DNA of 64,000 nt from an uncultured Gammaproteobacteria bacterium (GTDB taxonomy: Bacteria > Pseudomonadota > Gammaproteobacteria > Steroidobacterales > Steroidobacteraceae). A model generated the notes under the pieces. The model saw only the letters and a program-made list of their open reading frames with translations. It had not been told where the DNA came from and ran no database searches. Of the stretch, positions 55,014 to 64,000 are shown one piece after another (position 1 is the first letter of the stretch; every line of letters begins with the position of its first letter). The stretch is from positions 11,609 through 75,608 of the forward strand of contig CAVVKU010000017.1 in NCBI GenBank assembly GCA_963748995.1, written 5' to 3'. The translations under genes and the position numbers were made by a program.

Positions 55014-56648
55014 CTACAGCAAGGAGCGCGCGACCAGGCTGACCAACAAGGTCGAAGCGATGATCCGCAGCCACAGCACCGGCAGATCGAGGCGGTTCAC
55101 GAGCACCTCCATCGCGTAGAACAGCACCACGAGCTTGGCTATCCCAAGCGCCCCGCCATCCGGCAGTCCAAGCGTGTCCGGCAGGCTCGGCACCACCAGT
55201 GCGACGAACAGCACGAGCAGATCCAGAGGAGTCAGGACAAAGCGCCGATCGCCGCAAAACTGCAGGCGCACCAGGGTCCCCACCGCCATGACCAGGATGG
55301 CGACCCAGGCGGCGGCATGCAACGACGGCCCGCCTTGCACGGAGCTGCTGTCCAGGTAAACGAGCACCGCTCCGGTCGTGTACAGCACGGCCTTTTCCAC
55401 CGTGATCAGGGGTCTTTGCCGAAGTGCCGCGAAACCGGCGGCCGCCACGGCGAGCAGGGCCACGAGGAGAAGGCGCACGTCGCGGCTCACATTCGCGGTC
55501 TCGGCGATGACGATGAGCGCATATCCCCAGATCGCCACGCCAATGATGGCGTATGACCAGCGGGGCAGTCCCTGCGGCTGGCGCAAGGTCTTGATCATTC
55601 TCACGAGCGGGGAGTCCTGCGCCGCCGTACGCGCGGAGCGAAAGCGCCAGCGCCGGCGCGTGGCCACCTGCAGCAGCATGATGGTGCCCACGAAGAACAG
55701 CGAAACCACCGCCAGGATGGTCAGATCCGATTCATAGCGCATCCAGTACGCGAGCAGGAACAGATCGGCCTGGATGGCGTAGATGACCATCACCGCCTCA
55801 TGGTGGTCGAACCCGAAGGATAGGAGTTTATGGTGAATGTGATTCTTGTCCGCGCTGAACGGCGAGCGTCCCTCGCTGATCCGCTGGGTCATCACGTTGA
55901 GGGTGTCGAGGATCGGGAGGGCGAGCAGCAGCACGGGAATCGCGGCGCTGATCATGCTGTTGCCGCTCTGTGTCGCGCGCAGGCTCAGCACCCCGACGGC
56001 GAAGCCCAGCAGCTGACTGCCGGCATCGCCCATGAAGATGCTGGCCGGGAAGGTGTTGAAGCGCAAAAAGCCGAGTATTGCTCCGGCAAAGGCCAGCGCG
56101 AGCGCCGCGCACGAGACCTGACCGCTGTGATAGGCAAGAATCGCGAGCGCGCACAGGCACAAGAACGTCGTGCCGCCGGCCAGCCCGTCGAGCCCGTCGA
56201 CCAGATTGATCGCATTGGTGATGCCGACCAGGAAGAAATAGGTCAGGGGAACCGAGATCCATGCCGGCAGAAACACCCGATCGTCGAGGGTGACCGAGTG
56301 GATCTGGATATCACCGCCCAGAATGACGATTCCCGCGGCAATGAACTGGCCGAGAAATTTGATCCGCGGGTCCAGATCGAAGCGATCGTCCAGATAGCCG
56401 AATACGGTGAGCACGGCGGCCGCCAGCAGGAAATAGCGCTCGTGGCTTCCCAACGGTATGGACAGTAGTGCGGCGATCAGCACGCCGATCGCCATGGCGA
56501 GTCCGCCGATGCGCGGGATCGGCGCGGCGTGCACTTTGCGGGCCCCCGGATGGTCCACTACGCGCCAACGGGACGCGAGCTTCGCGAATACCGGCATCCA
56601 GGCCATGGTCACCACCATGGCCACGATGAAAGGCATGACGAACAACAT
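55014..56648 (-). CDS. MraY/WecA-family polyprenyl-phosphate N-acetylhexosamine-1-phosphate transferase with an extended C-terminal membrane domain
   Basis: FGYLDDRFDLDPRIKFLGQ, NAINLVDGLDGLAGG, FMGDAGSQLLGF. 544 aa. Confidence 0.8.
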   Translation of the reverse strand: MLFVMPFIVAMVVTMAWMPVFAKLASRWRVVDHPGARKVHAAPIPRIGGLAMAIGVLIAALLSIPLGSHERYFLLAAAVLTVFGYLDDRFDLDPRIKFLGQFIAAGIVILGGDIQIHSVTLDDRVFLPAWISVPLTYFFLVGITNAINLVDGLDGLAGGTTFLCLCALAILAYHSGQVSCAALALAFAGAILGFLRFNTFPASIFMGDAGSQLLGFAVGVLSLRATQSGNSMISAAIPVLLLALPILDTLNVMTQRISEGRSPFSADKNHIHHKLLSFGFDHHEAVMVIYAIQADLFLLAYWMRYESDLTILAVVSLFFVGTIMLLQVATRRRWRFRSARTAAQDSPLVRMIKTLRQPQGLPRWSYAIIGVAIWGYALIVIAETANVSRDVRLLLVALLAVAAAGFAALRQRPLITVEKAVLYTTGAVLVYLDSSSVQGGPSLHAAAWVAILVMAVGTLVRLQFCGDRRFVLTPLDLLVLFVALVVPSLPDTLGLPDGGALGIAKLVVLFYAMEVLVNRLDLPVLWLRIIASTLLVSLVARSLL

Positions 56649-56724
56649 ACCCGCGCTCAGTTGGACACGTGTCGCGCGGGCGGCGCGATCCGGGTCAGGA
56701 CCATTGGCAACAAGGCGGGCGCGG

Positions 56725-56778
56725 CGACGGACATGGCGGCGAAGATCGCAAGTTCATGTTGCGAGGCCGTGACATGCG
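56725..56778. repeat. 54-nt repeat, copy A (leader of the wecA-like gene)
   Basis: cgacggacatggcGgcgaagatcgcaaGttcatgttGcGAggccgtgacatgcg matches copy B at 49/54 positions. Confidence 0.8.
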
Positions 56779-56792
56779 GCTGAGACGGCAGG

Positions 56793-57368
56793 TCAGGCTC
56801 TCGAGACGGCTCCATTCGGGCCGCGCTTAAACCTCGGCCGGTCTCCCCGCACCGTCGCCGGCGATCCTGCCACCACCATCCACGGCGCCACATCCTTGGT
56901 AACCGTGGAACGGGCGCCGACGATCGCGCCCTCGCCGATCCGCACACCAGGACCGACGAATACGGCAGCCGCGACCCAGGCATCCGCCTCGATCACGATC
57001 GGTGCGGCGACCATGGGAAGGGTCGGTACCCGGTAGTCGTGGCTCGCCGAGCACAGGTGGGAGTATTGGCTGACGGTGGCGTGGGCGCCGATGGTGATGT
57101 GCGCCACCGAGTAGCAATCGACGTGATCCGAGAGGCAGCTCGAGACCTCCATGGTCAAGTTCCAGGGCGCCCAGATCTTCGCAGCCGGATAGGGATGCGC
57201 GCCGGCGGCGATGTGTGCCCCGAATAGCCTGAGGATCATGCGTCTCCAGGCATGCATGGGACGCGGTGTAGGCCGGTACAGCAATCCCCAGCAAATGCCC
57301 CATAAAACACGCAGCGCCCGGTTCGACATCGTCACCGTGGCCGGTTGCAGGGTAAAAGCGCGAGTCAT
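56793..57368 (-). CDS. WcaF-like hexapeptide-repeat O-acetyltransferase
   Basis: WRRMILRLFGAHIAAGAHPYPAAKIWAPWNLTM ... left-handed beta-helix repeats IGEGAIVGARSTV. Confidence 0.75.
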   Translation of the reverse strand: MTRAFTLQPATVTMSNRALRVLWGICWGLLYRPTPRPMHAWRRMILRLFGAHIAAGAHPYPAAKIWAPWNLTMEVSSCLSDHVDCYSVAHITIGAHATVSQYSHLCSASHDYRVPTLPMVAAPIVIEADAWVAAAVFVGPGVRIGEGAIVGARSTVTKDVAPWMVVAGSPATVRGDRPRFKRGPNGAVSRA

Positions 57369-57394
57369 GGGGCGCAGGCGCCGTGTACCCGCGC

Positions 57395-58987
57395 TCAGTT
57401 GGGTACGTATCGCGGCAGGCTCGGCGCGATACGCGCCGCGAAGTCCACCAGTTCACGATCCGCGGCTGCCCGATCGCCTCCCGGCGGGATCGGCGCAATC
57501 AATCGCACCAGCGCGCCGTCCGTTCGATGACGCGTCAATGCGTCCCAGAACAGATACCACTTCACGGCGAACTCGTCGGTAATCACGCGTCCGCGCTGCT
57601 GGAACCAATAGTAAACCAGCTCGCGCTGGTCGCCGAGTGTGATCAGCGTGCGGTTGACGCGCAGCGGTTCGCCCGCGACGCGGGCGTCGAGCGTGCGTTG
57701 GCCGAACTCCTCCATCTGCCATCCGCCGCCCGGCAGACAGGAGCGCGGGGAATGCACGGCCTCGCCCTTGCGCTGCGAGTCGTAGTAGGCGATGTACAGG
57801 TTGATGGGATGGCCCGCGGAATTCGCATAGTCGGCCATCAGGTAATCGTCCAGATTCAAGGCATCGAGGTACAGGCCGGCCAGGGGCTCCGGCCTGCCGG
57901 TCCAGCTCCCAAGATCCATCGGATAGGTCGCGAAGCTCTCGCGCTTTGGAAAGATCTCCGCCGGCCGGGGGAACGCCAGCGTCATGACGGCAAAGGCGAG
58001 CAGCATTCCGCAGGCGGCGAGAAACGGTTTGGACAAGGTGCGCCTTTCAATGGGCGCGCCGCGCGGCGAGTGGGCGGGGAACTCGATGCCGAACAGCTGC
58101 CGCCAGGTTCCCGGCTCCCGGCCGATGCGGTTCAACAGGGCTATCTCGCCGAGCATCAGCCCAGCGCTTGCCATGAAGACCGCCCAGCCCTGAAACTCGT
58201 GCAGGAAGCCCTCGGCCATGCCGATGCCCCAGTTCTCCACCATCACCCCGATGGTGCCGACGCGGAAACTGTTCATCAGGACGGTGATGGGGATGCTGGA
58301 GAGGAACAGGGCGATGCGTTTCCATGTCGCGCCCTTGTAAAAGTAGGCCATCAAAAAACCGAGTGTCATCAGCGGAAACAGGTAGCGCAGCCCGTTGCAG
58401 GCCTCGGCCACCTGCAGCTTGTATCCGCCGAGGTCGATCACATTGCCCTCGAGATACACGCTGATGTCGAACAACCGCATGAACAAAACGCCGAGCTTCG
58501 AGGACAGGAGTTGCAGCTTGATGGACAGGTTGGCAAGCACGAACTGCGGCAGCGGCACCATGAACAGCAGAATGAATAGCGGCATGAACAGCAGCCGGAA
58601 CGCTGCCGGACCGGTGAGGGCAAGCACCAGACCGAACACGGTCACCAGATAGGCATACTGGATCAGCGTGTAGACCGTCCCCAGTTGACCCATGACCAGC
58701 AGCGCACCGCCGAGGGTCACCAGCAACACGCCCCACCAGCTTCCGCTGAAGCTGACGCGCTCCAGGCGATCCTTCTGCTGCCAGATGAGGAATGCGGCAA
58801 TGGGCGGAATCAGCAGCGCATGGCTGTACTCCGGGCTGTCGATCCACCAGCCCCACATCCGCGATAGCCCGTCCCAGAAGACACACAGCGAGAGCGCAAA
58901 CGCGGCGCAGACCGCGGCTACCACCGCGGAGGAAAGTCTCCACACCGTGCCGGGAGGCACGGGCGGTGCGAGGGCTTCGACGGACAT
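57395..58987 (-). CDS. exosortase (XrtA/EpsH-like) fused to an EpsI domain
   Basis: EYSHALLIPP, VAEACNGLRYL, LMNSFRVGTIGV, FLHEFQGW. The C-terminal EpsI-like domain has INLYIAYYDSQRKGEAVHSP. Start taken at MSVEAL (ATG 58987). GTG 59074 is possible. Confidence 0.8.
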   Translation of the reverse strand: MSVEALAPPVPPGTVWRLSSAVVAAVCAAFALSLCVFWDGLSRMWGWWIDSPEYSHALLIPPIAAFLIWQQKDRLERVSFSGSWWGVLLVTLGGALLVMGQLGTVYTLIQYAYLVTVFGLVLALTGPAAFRLLFMPLFILLFMVPLPQFVLANLSIKLQLLSSKLGVLFMRLFDISVYLEGNVIDLGGYKLQVAEACNGLRYLFPLMTLGFLMAYFYKGATWKRIALFLSSIPITVLMNSFRVGTIGVMVENWGIGMAEGFLHEFQGWAVFMASAGLMLGEIALLNRIGREPGTWRQLFGIEFPAHSPRGAPIERRTLSKPFLAACGMLLAFAVMTLAFPRPAEIFPKRESFATYPMDLGSWTGRPEPLAGLYLDALNLDDYLMADYANSAGHPINLYIAYYDSQRKGEAVHSPRSCLPGGGWQMEEFGQRTLDARVAGEPLRVNRTLITLGDQRELVYYWFQQRGRVITDEFAVKWYLFWDALTRHRTDGALVRLIAPIPPGGDRAAADRELVDFAARIAPSLPRYVPN

Positions 58988-59031
58988 GGCCGCGAAGATC
59001 GCAATTTCATGTTTCAGGGCCGTGACATGCG
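58978..59031. repeat. 54-nt repeat, copy B (spans the exosortase start codon)
   Basis: cgacggacatggcCgcgaagatcgcaaTttcatgttTcAGggccgtgacatgcg. Confidence 0.8.
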
Positions 59032-59100
59032 CCAACGCGGGGCTGAATCGACGCTCAGGTAAGATCCTTGTCACGCACGTCGATCAGACTGGCGGCTCAA

Positions 59101-60327
59101 ATGTTGCAAATAACCCTGGGGCCGACCGCCTCCCTAAAGCCCGCTCCGGCCGTCCGGCGGCTTCGCATTCTCCACGTCGTGCCGACGTACTTTCCGGCCG
59201 TCAGATACGGCGGACCCATCCGCTCGGTGCATGCCCTCGCAAAGGCCACCGCACAGCGCGGTCACGAGGTGCATGTCTACACCTCGTCCGTGGATGGTTC
59301 CGGCGATCTCGACGTGCCGTACGGCAACTCGGTCGATCTGGACGGCGTCCGGGTCCGCTATTTCCGTGTACCCTTCATGCGCCGGTTGTATTGGTGTCCC
59401 TCCCTGGCGAATGCGCTTCGAGAGGAGATCTCGACCTTCGATCTCGTGCACCTGCATTCCACGTTTCTCTGGCCCACCTGGGCCGCGGCGCGCATCGCCT
59501 TCCGCGCCGGCGTCCCTTATCTCCTATCTCCCCGCGGCATGCTCGGCGCCGAGGTGATCCGGCGCAAGAGCCGGCTGGCGAAATCGCTCTGGATACGCCT
59601 GATCGAGCAGCGCACCATCCGACAGTCGGCCGGCCTGCATGTGACCGCAGAGATCGAACGAACGGAAATCGTGGGCCTCGGATTGAGCACGCCGAAGATC
59701 CGTTCCATCCCGAACGGCGTTGGCTGGCCGTCGAACCACAGCGCGCTGGCAGCAGGCCCGTTTGCCGACATCAGCAAACCATATGCATTGTTCTTGAGCC
59801 GGATCGACGCAAAGAAGGGACTGGACCGGCTGATTGCGGCCTGGAAGTGGGTGCCCGAACTGACCCTGATCATCGCCGGCAACGACGAGAACGGCTACCG
59901 GAGCGAGCTCGAAAGACTGGCCATCGACAACCGGGTGCAGGGCCGCATCCGGTTCGTCGGCATGGTCTCGGACGATCATAAATGGGCGTTGTACGAGAAT
60001 GCCGCCTTGTTCGTCTTGCCGTCCTACTCGGAGAATTTCGGCAACGTCGTGGCCGAAGCGATGGCGATGGGTTGCCCGGTCGTCGTCACCGCGCAGGTCG
60101 GATTGGCAAGCCTGGTTGCCGAGTCCGGCGCCGGTGTCGTTGTGGACGGCGCTCCAAGAATCCTTGCGGAGGCCATCCGGGCGTTGCTGCACGATCCGGC
60201 TCGAAGACGGCTGATGGGGGAGCGCGGACGTTTCACCGCGCGCCGGGAACTTTCCTGGGACGGTGTCGCATTACAAATGGAAACCCTCTACCGGGAGATC
60301 GCCGCCACGTTGCCATGCGCGCTGTGA
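59101..60327 (+). CDS. GT4-family (GT-B) glycosyltransferase
   Basis: LRILHVVPTYFPAVRYGGPIRSVHALA, and the C-terminal EX7E-type region PSYSENFGNVVAEAMAMGCPVV. Confidence 0.85.
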   Translation: MLQITLGPTASLKPAPAVRRLRILHVVPTYFPAVRYGGPIRSVHALAKATAQRGHEVHVYTSSVDGSGDLDVPYGNSVDLDGVRVRYFRVPFMRRLYWCPSLANALREEISTFDLVHLHSTFLWPTWAAARIAFRAGVPYLLSPRGMLGAEVIRRKSRLAKSLWIRLIEQRTIRQSAGLHVTAEIERTEIVGLGLSTPKIRSIPNGVGWPSNHSALAAGPFADISKPYALFLSRIDAKKGLDRLIAAWKWVPELTLIIAGNDENGYRSELERLAIDNRVQGRIRFVGMVSDDHKWALYENAALFVLPSYSENFGNVVAEAMAMGCPVVVTAQVGLASLVAESGAGVVVDGAPRILAEAIRALLHDPARRRLMGERGRFTARRELSWDGVALQMETLYREIAATLPCAL

Positions 60328-61970
60328 TGATCGACCTGAATCGGCACGTCATGCCGCGCGAACAGCGTTTCGACGTGTGCGTGGTCGGCGCCGGGGCCGC
60401 CGGCATTTCGCTGACGATCGAGCTCGCGCGACGCGGAATTAGGGTGGCGTTGCTCGAGGCGGGCGGCAAGCGCTTCGAGGCTCGATCCCAGGCCGACTAT
60501 GCCGGCGAATCCGTCGGTTTGCCCTTCACGGGACTGTACAACGGACGCTCCCGGGTGTTCGGCGGCACCACCACCCAGTGGGGCGGACAGGTGCTCGAGA
60601 TAGACGAGCACGTCTTCAGGGAGCGGCCCGGCGTCGCCGGCGGCGCCTGGCCGTTTTGCGCCGCTGACCTGTCCGGGGCGTACGCGCGCGCGCTGCAGCT
60701 CGAGGGCCTCCACACCGACCCGCCCGATCTCGACACCCTGTGGGCGGCACGCGGCTGGCCCCGGCCGGACCTCGGCAGCGAGCTGCACGCCGCGGTGTCG
60801 CGCTGGTGTCCCACCACCGATTTGGCGCGCCTGCACGCCGCATCGATCAGCCGCGACGCCAACATCTGCGTATTCCTGCATGCCGCCGTCTGCGAGATGA
60901 GCGTCGATGAGGGCGGCACGGTGCGCCGCGTGCGGACGCGCAACGCCGCCGGCGTGGAAACGGCGTTCCAGGCCGCAGCCGTGGTGCTTGCCATGGGCGG
61001 CATCGAAGTGTGCCGGCTGTTGTTGCAGCCATCGCGCCGCGGCGGTGGTACACCATGGGGCGCGAACGCGCTCCTGGGACGGCATTTTCAGGATCACATC
61101 ACGTGCATGGTTGCCACGCTCCGTCAGGCATCCCTGCCCGACCCGAAGTACCTGGATTATTTCGCGGCCCAGGGACTCCTGTACCAACCCAAGATGAAAT
61201 TGAACCGGGAGGTCCAGGCCCGCCATCAGACTCTCGACGTCTGCGGCACGGTGACGGCGACCCATGATGGCGTCGATGACCTGTGGAAGGCGTACGAGAC
61301 GTACCGCATGTGGCGGACGCGGCAGCTGCGGACGCTGTCTGCCGCGCGGATCGCGCACTTTGCCCGGCATGCGCCCACCCTGCTGTGGCACAAGATCCCC
61401 TATGCCCGTCATGCCATCGGCCGGACGGCGGTGCGTGAGCTGCGGCTGAGCGTGCAGTGCGAACAATCGCCCCGCTCCACCGGCACGATCGAGCTGACCG
61501 GCGAGCGCGACGCGAGCGGGTTGCTGCGTGCACGCGTCGCCTGGCGCACCGCTGCGCTGGAGCTGCACTCCATCCGCACCTTTCTCGCCGTCGCGCAGCG
61601 CGCCTTTCGGGCGCGCGGATTCGGGGAATGGGTCGCGGATCCCGACATCGAGCACGACGACGGCGAGCTCACCCGGCGCTTCCGCGAGAGCTATCATCAT
61701 ATCGGTGGCACCCGCATGGCCCGAAGCCGCACCGAGGGTGTGGTCGATCCGGATCTGCGGATTTTCGGCACCACGAACGCCTACGTGTGTTCGAGCTCGG
61801 TCTTTCCGAGCGCCGGCTTTGCCAATCCCACCCATACGGTGATCGCGTTGGCCGTGCGGCTTGCCGCTTGTCTCGACGCACGCGCACGTGCGCAGACGTT
61901 CATCGGCCGCGCACCAGAAGTGACAGCAACGCCGTCCCCTGCGTGCGCATCAATGCCAGCGAGCCCCTGA
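60315..61970 (+). CDS. GMC-family FAD-dependent oxidoreductase
   Basis: FDVCVVGAGAAGISLTIELARRGIRVALLEAGG (Rossmann), C-terminal HHIGGTRMA and NPTHTVIALA. The start (60315 or 60327) overlaps the GT stop. Confidence 0.75.
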   Translation: MRAVMIDLNRHVMPREQRFDVCVVGAGAAGISLTIELARRGIRVALLEAGGKRFEARSQADYAGESVGLPFTGLYNGRSRVFGGTTTQWGGQVLEIDEHVFRERPGVAGGAWPFCAADLSGAYARALQLEGLHTDPPDLDTLWAARGWPRPDLGSELHAAVSRWCPTTDLARLHAASISRDANICVFLHAAVCEMSVDEGGTVRRVRTRNAAGVETAFQAAAVVLAMGGIEVCRLLLQPSRRGGGTPWGANALLGRHFQDHITCMVATLRQASLPDPKYLDYFAAQGLLYQPKMKLNREVQARHQTLDVCGTVTATHDGVDDLWKAYETYRMWRTRQLRTLSAARIAHFARHAPTLLWHKIPYARHAIGRTAVRELRLSVQCEQSPRSTGTIELTGERDASGLLRARVAWRTAALELHSIRTFLAVAQRAFRARGFGEWVADPDIEHDDGELTRRFRESYHHIGGTRMARSRTEGVVDPDLRIFGTTNAYVCSSSVFPSAGFANPTHTVIALAVRLAACLDARARAQTFIGRAPEVTATPSPACASMPASP

Positions 61971-63309
61971 AATCGAGCAAGTCGCGCAGCATGCCTGAGG
62001 CCGGCCGGCCGAGCCAGCGTGCGGTCGCCGCGATCACCACCAGCGCATTCACGGCCTCGCCGCAAGCGCCCCCCACGATCATGCCGCCAATCCCCATCGA
62101 GCGCGCCAGCAGCGCTCCGCCGCCGATGGCGGCCGCAGCCGTGATCAACAGCGCGAACGAGATGCCGTACAGCCGATTGGTGCTGATCAGTGCGTGCAGG
62201 CTCACGCGGCCCAGCAGGTTGGCCGCCGAGAGGCCCATATACAGCCCCATCAGTGCATAGCTGAAGGGAATCCTGTCGGTGGTCCAGATGCGGAAAACCA
62301 ACGGGCCGAACAGCAGCAATCCGCACACCACCAGCAGATACATCGCCCAGGAAACATGTGTGCCCTTGATGATCAACGCGTAAATTCGCGCCAGCTCGCG
62401 CCGCCCCGCGCATTGCGCAATCTCGACCTCGAGCGGCAGCACCAGCGTCAGCAGCAGCTGATCGACGAAGCGCATGGCCGTGCCGTAGACCGCGTAGACC
62501 GCGACCGCCTGGCCGCCGAGCATGGCCCCGAGCACCACCCGCGGCCCCTGGCTCATGAGCCCGCCGGTCGCGAAATTGGACACCATGAAGCCGACGGCCG
62601 GCCGGACGTGCCGCGCAAGCCACGCCCGATCGAAGGCGAATGGATCGAAGCGCGCCCAGGCTGCGGCGCGACGCGCGCTGGCCGCGACGACGACGAGTTC
62701 GGCGAAAGCGGCGGTCGCGATCACCATGGCCGCCGCCGCCTGCGAGCCGGCAAAGCCCCCGACGATCACGGCGATGCCGGCGAGCTCGATGAGCTTGATG
62801 ACGCCCTGAACGTAATAGGCGAATGCGTACGAGCCGGCGGCGTACAGGGCTGCGACGTTCAATCCGCGCAGCGTCTGAAACCACAACGCCGCACCCATGC
62901 AGGCGATGATGGTGTACGCCGCGGACGGACCGATCTGCGTCAGGTGAAGTCCGCGGCCGACGTGCACCCGGCCGAGCACGAGCACCACGGCTGCAATGAT
63001 CGGCAATACGACGTACAGAGCCAGATTGATCGACACCTGGAAGGTTTGGCGCGCGCGCGCCTCGTCGCCGGCGCTGCTCGCGATCACCATCTCGTTGGCC
63101 GCCGTGGTCACCAGACCAAAATTCGACAGGCCCAGATAAGAGGTCAGCGCGGTCAAGGCGATCCACTGACCGTACCCCTCGAGGCCCCATGCACGGATCA
63201 GCAGGGGCACGAGCATGATGGTATAGGCGGCCTGGATGAGGCGGGAAAACGCCTGCCCTGACATGCCGACCGTCACCCGACCGAGAAAGCTTCGTTGCCG
63301 GATGGCCAT
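61900..63309 (-). CDS. Wzx/MOP-superfamily polysaccharide flippase
   Basis: Start at MAIRQRSFLGRV (ATG 63309, overlapping the upstream stop by 1 nt). About 12 TM segments. LLIRAWGLEGYGQWIAL is typical of polysaccharide biosynthesis proteins. Confidence 0.65.
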   Translation of the reverse strand: MAIRQRSFLGRVTVGMSGQAFSRLIQAAYTIMLVPLLIRAWGLEGYGQWIALTALTSYLGLSNFGLVTTAANEMVIASSAGDEARARQTFQVSINLALYVVLPIIAAVVLVLGRVHVGRGLHLTQIGPSAAYTIIACMGAALWFQTLRGLNVAALYAAGSYAFAYYVQGVIKLIELAGIAVIVGGFAGSQAAAAMVIATAAFAELVVVAASARRAAAWARFDPFAFDRAWLARHVRPAVGFMVSNFATGGLMSQGPRVVLGAMLGGQAVAVYAVYGTAMRFVDQLLLTLVLPLEVEIAQCAGRRELARIYALIIKGTHVSWAMYLLVVCGLLLFGPLVFRIWTTDRIPFSYALMGLYMGLSAANLLGRVSLHALISTNRLYGISFALLITAAAAIGGGALLARSMGIGGMIVGGACGEAVNALVVIAATARWLGRPASGMLRDLLDFRGSLALMRTQGTALLSLLVRGR

Positions 63310-64000
63310 CACTCGAGCGGTGATTGGGTTGCGGCCCATCGCTTCGCGAGGTCGACCAGGCGCAGGGCCGCGCCGGTCAGGTCGGTGTCGGTGACCATCC
63401 GGACGTTGTCGAGGATGCGCTGCGGTTGCGTTGAGGAGAACAAGATCATGGCCTCGGGCTGCAGCGCAGCCGCCGCATGCAACATGAGTCCGGCGGCCGC
63501 GCCGGGGGCGAGGTCGTGCCCGACCTCGTCGGACCAGCGCCGCCGCAGAGCTTCGTCCTCCGCGAGGGCGGCCTCCAACCGCTTCACCGCACCGCCGATG
63601 ACACGATAGAGCACCGTAAAGGAATCCGCATCGGAGCGCTTCGCTTCGATCGCGGTCCACTCGTATTGCAGCACACCGCCGAACTCCGGATGCCGGACGA
63701 GCAGCTCGTCCAGATGCCGCGCCGGGCCGCCGATACCGAACGCGCCGATCCGGCCGTCGGCGACCGCCGCACGCAGCACCTCGACGAGCTCCGGGTCGCG
63801 CAGGTCAGAGGCGACCGGCTCGTGCATCAAGAAGAGGTCGATCCGGGCGAGGCCGAGATTGCGCAGACTCAGCTGCAAGGAGTCGCGGGCATCCCGGCCG
63901 CGAAACGAGGCCCTGCGGGTCTGCAATGCGCTTACGGCGCTGAGCCGCTGGTCGAGTACGGGGCGGCGGCGAAGGCGGCGCACGACCGGCTTCAGCGCGC
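63309..64000 (-). CDS. aldo/keto reductase (5' end beyond the window)
   Basis: ...SLRNLGLARIDLFLMHEP...GRIGAFGIGG... The frame stays open to position 64000. Confidence 0.6.
   Translation of the reverse strand, partial: ALKPVVRRLRRRPVLDQRLSAVSALQTRRASFRGRDARDSLQLSLRNLGLARIDLFLMHEPVASDLRDPELVEVLRAAVADGRIGAFGIGGPARHLDELLVRHPEFGGVLQYEWTAIEAKRSDADSFTVLYRVIGGAVKRLEAALAEDEALRRRWSDEVGHDLAPGAAAGLMLHAAAALQPEAMILFSSTQPQRILDNVRMVTDTDLTGAALRLVDLAKRWAATQSPLE

Noticed and set aside
61900-61970. 71-nt convergent overlap between the GMC oxidoreductase and flippase 3' ends
   Set aside because: The conserved GMC C-terminus (NPTHTVIALAVRLA) ends well before the overlap. The overlap is just a non-conserved tail running to the first stop. 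This is probably not functionally meaningful.
1-64000. CRISPR arrays, tRNA/rRNA genes, IS elements, integrases, prophage or defence-system genes
   Set aside because: I scanned intergenic regions and the ORF track. I found no repeat-spacer periodicity, tRNA-like cloverleaf starts, transposase/integrase motifs, or nuclease/ATPase defence signatures.

Overview
High-GC (about 65-70%) proteobacterial chromosome segment. The housekeeping backbone has the E. coli-like order pyrE / coaBC-dut / radC / rpmB-rpmG-mutM / coaD / rsmD / ftsYEX-rpoH, which suggests a high-GC gammaproteobacterium (inference only). I found no rRNA, tRNA, CRISPR array, transposase or integrase. Roughly 25-64 kb is a cell-envelope accessory region. 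It holds three PEP-CTERM-type cargo genes that all carry a VP(V/L)PA anchor, and a PstS-like secreted protein. It also holds a ShlB/FhaC-type TpsB plus a 3489-aa TpsA fibre, followed on the same strand by a DUF2341-LamG-ExbB fusion, ExbD, TonB, a putative porin and a coiled-coil protein. Further along are a five-module secreted protein with an ambiguous C-terminal sorting tail, a PrsT-like TPR lipoprotein, and an exosortase-EpsI / glycosyltransferase / flippase EPS locus. A second exosortase, fused to a CPBP protease, lies at 2.9 kb. Best candidate for an undescribed system: the two-partner-secretion pair is tightly linked to a private Ton-type motor and a porin, with no TonB-dependent receptor in the block. 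Four promoters in this region carry 11-bp-phased TGTCAC-like direct repeats placed exactly 10 nt upstream of a -10 hexamer (PhoB/OmpR-type geometry), and one of them is a near-perfect pho box. Other observations: a 13-bp insertion splits a LytTR response regulator, ftsX carries a +1 frameshift, mutM can only initiate at CTG, and a 54-nt repeat covers the exosortase start and the wecA-like leader. All calls come from reading the sequence and the ORF track. No database search was run.
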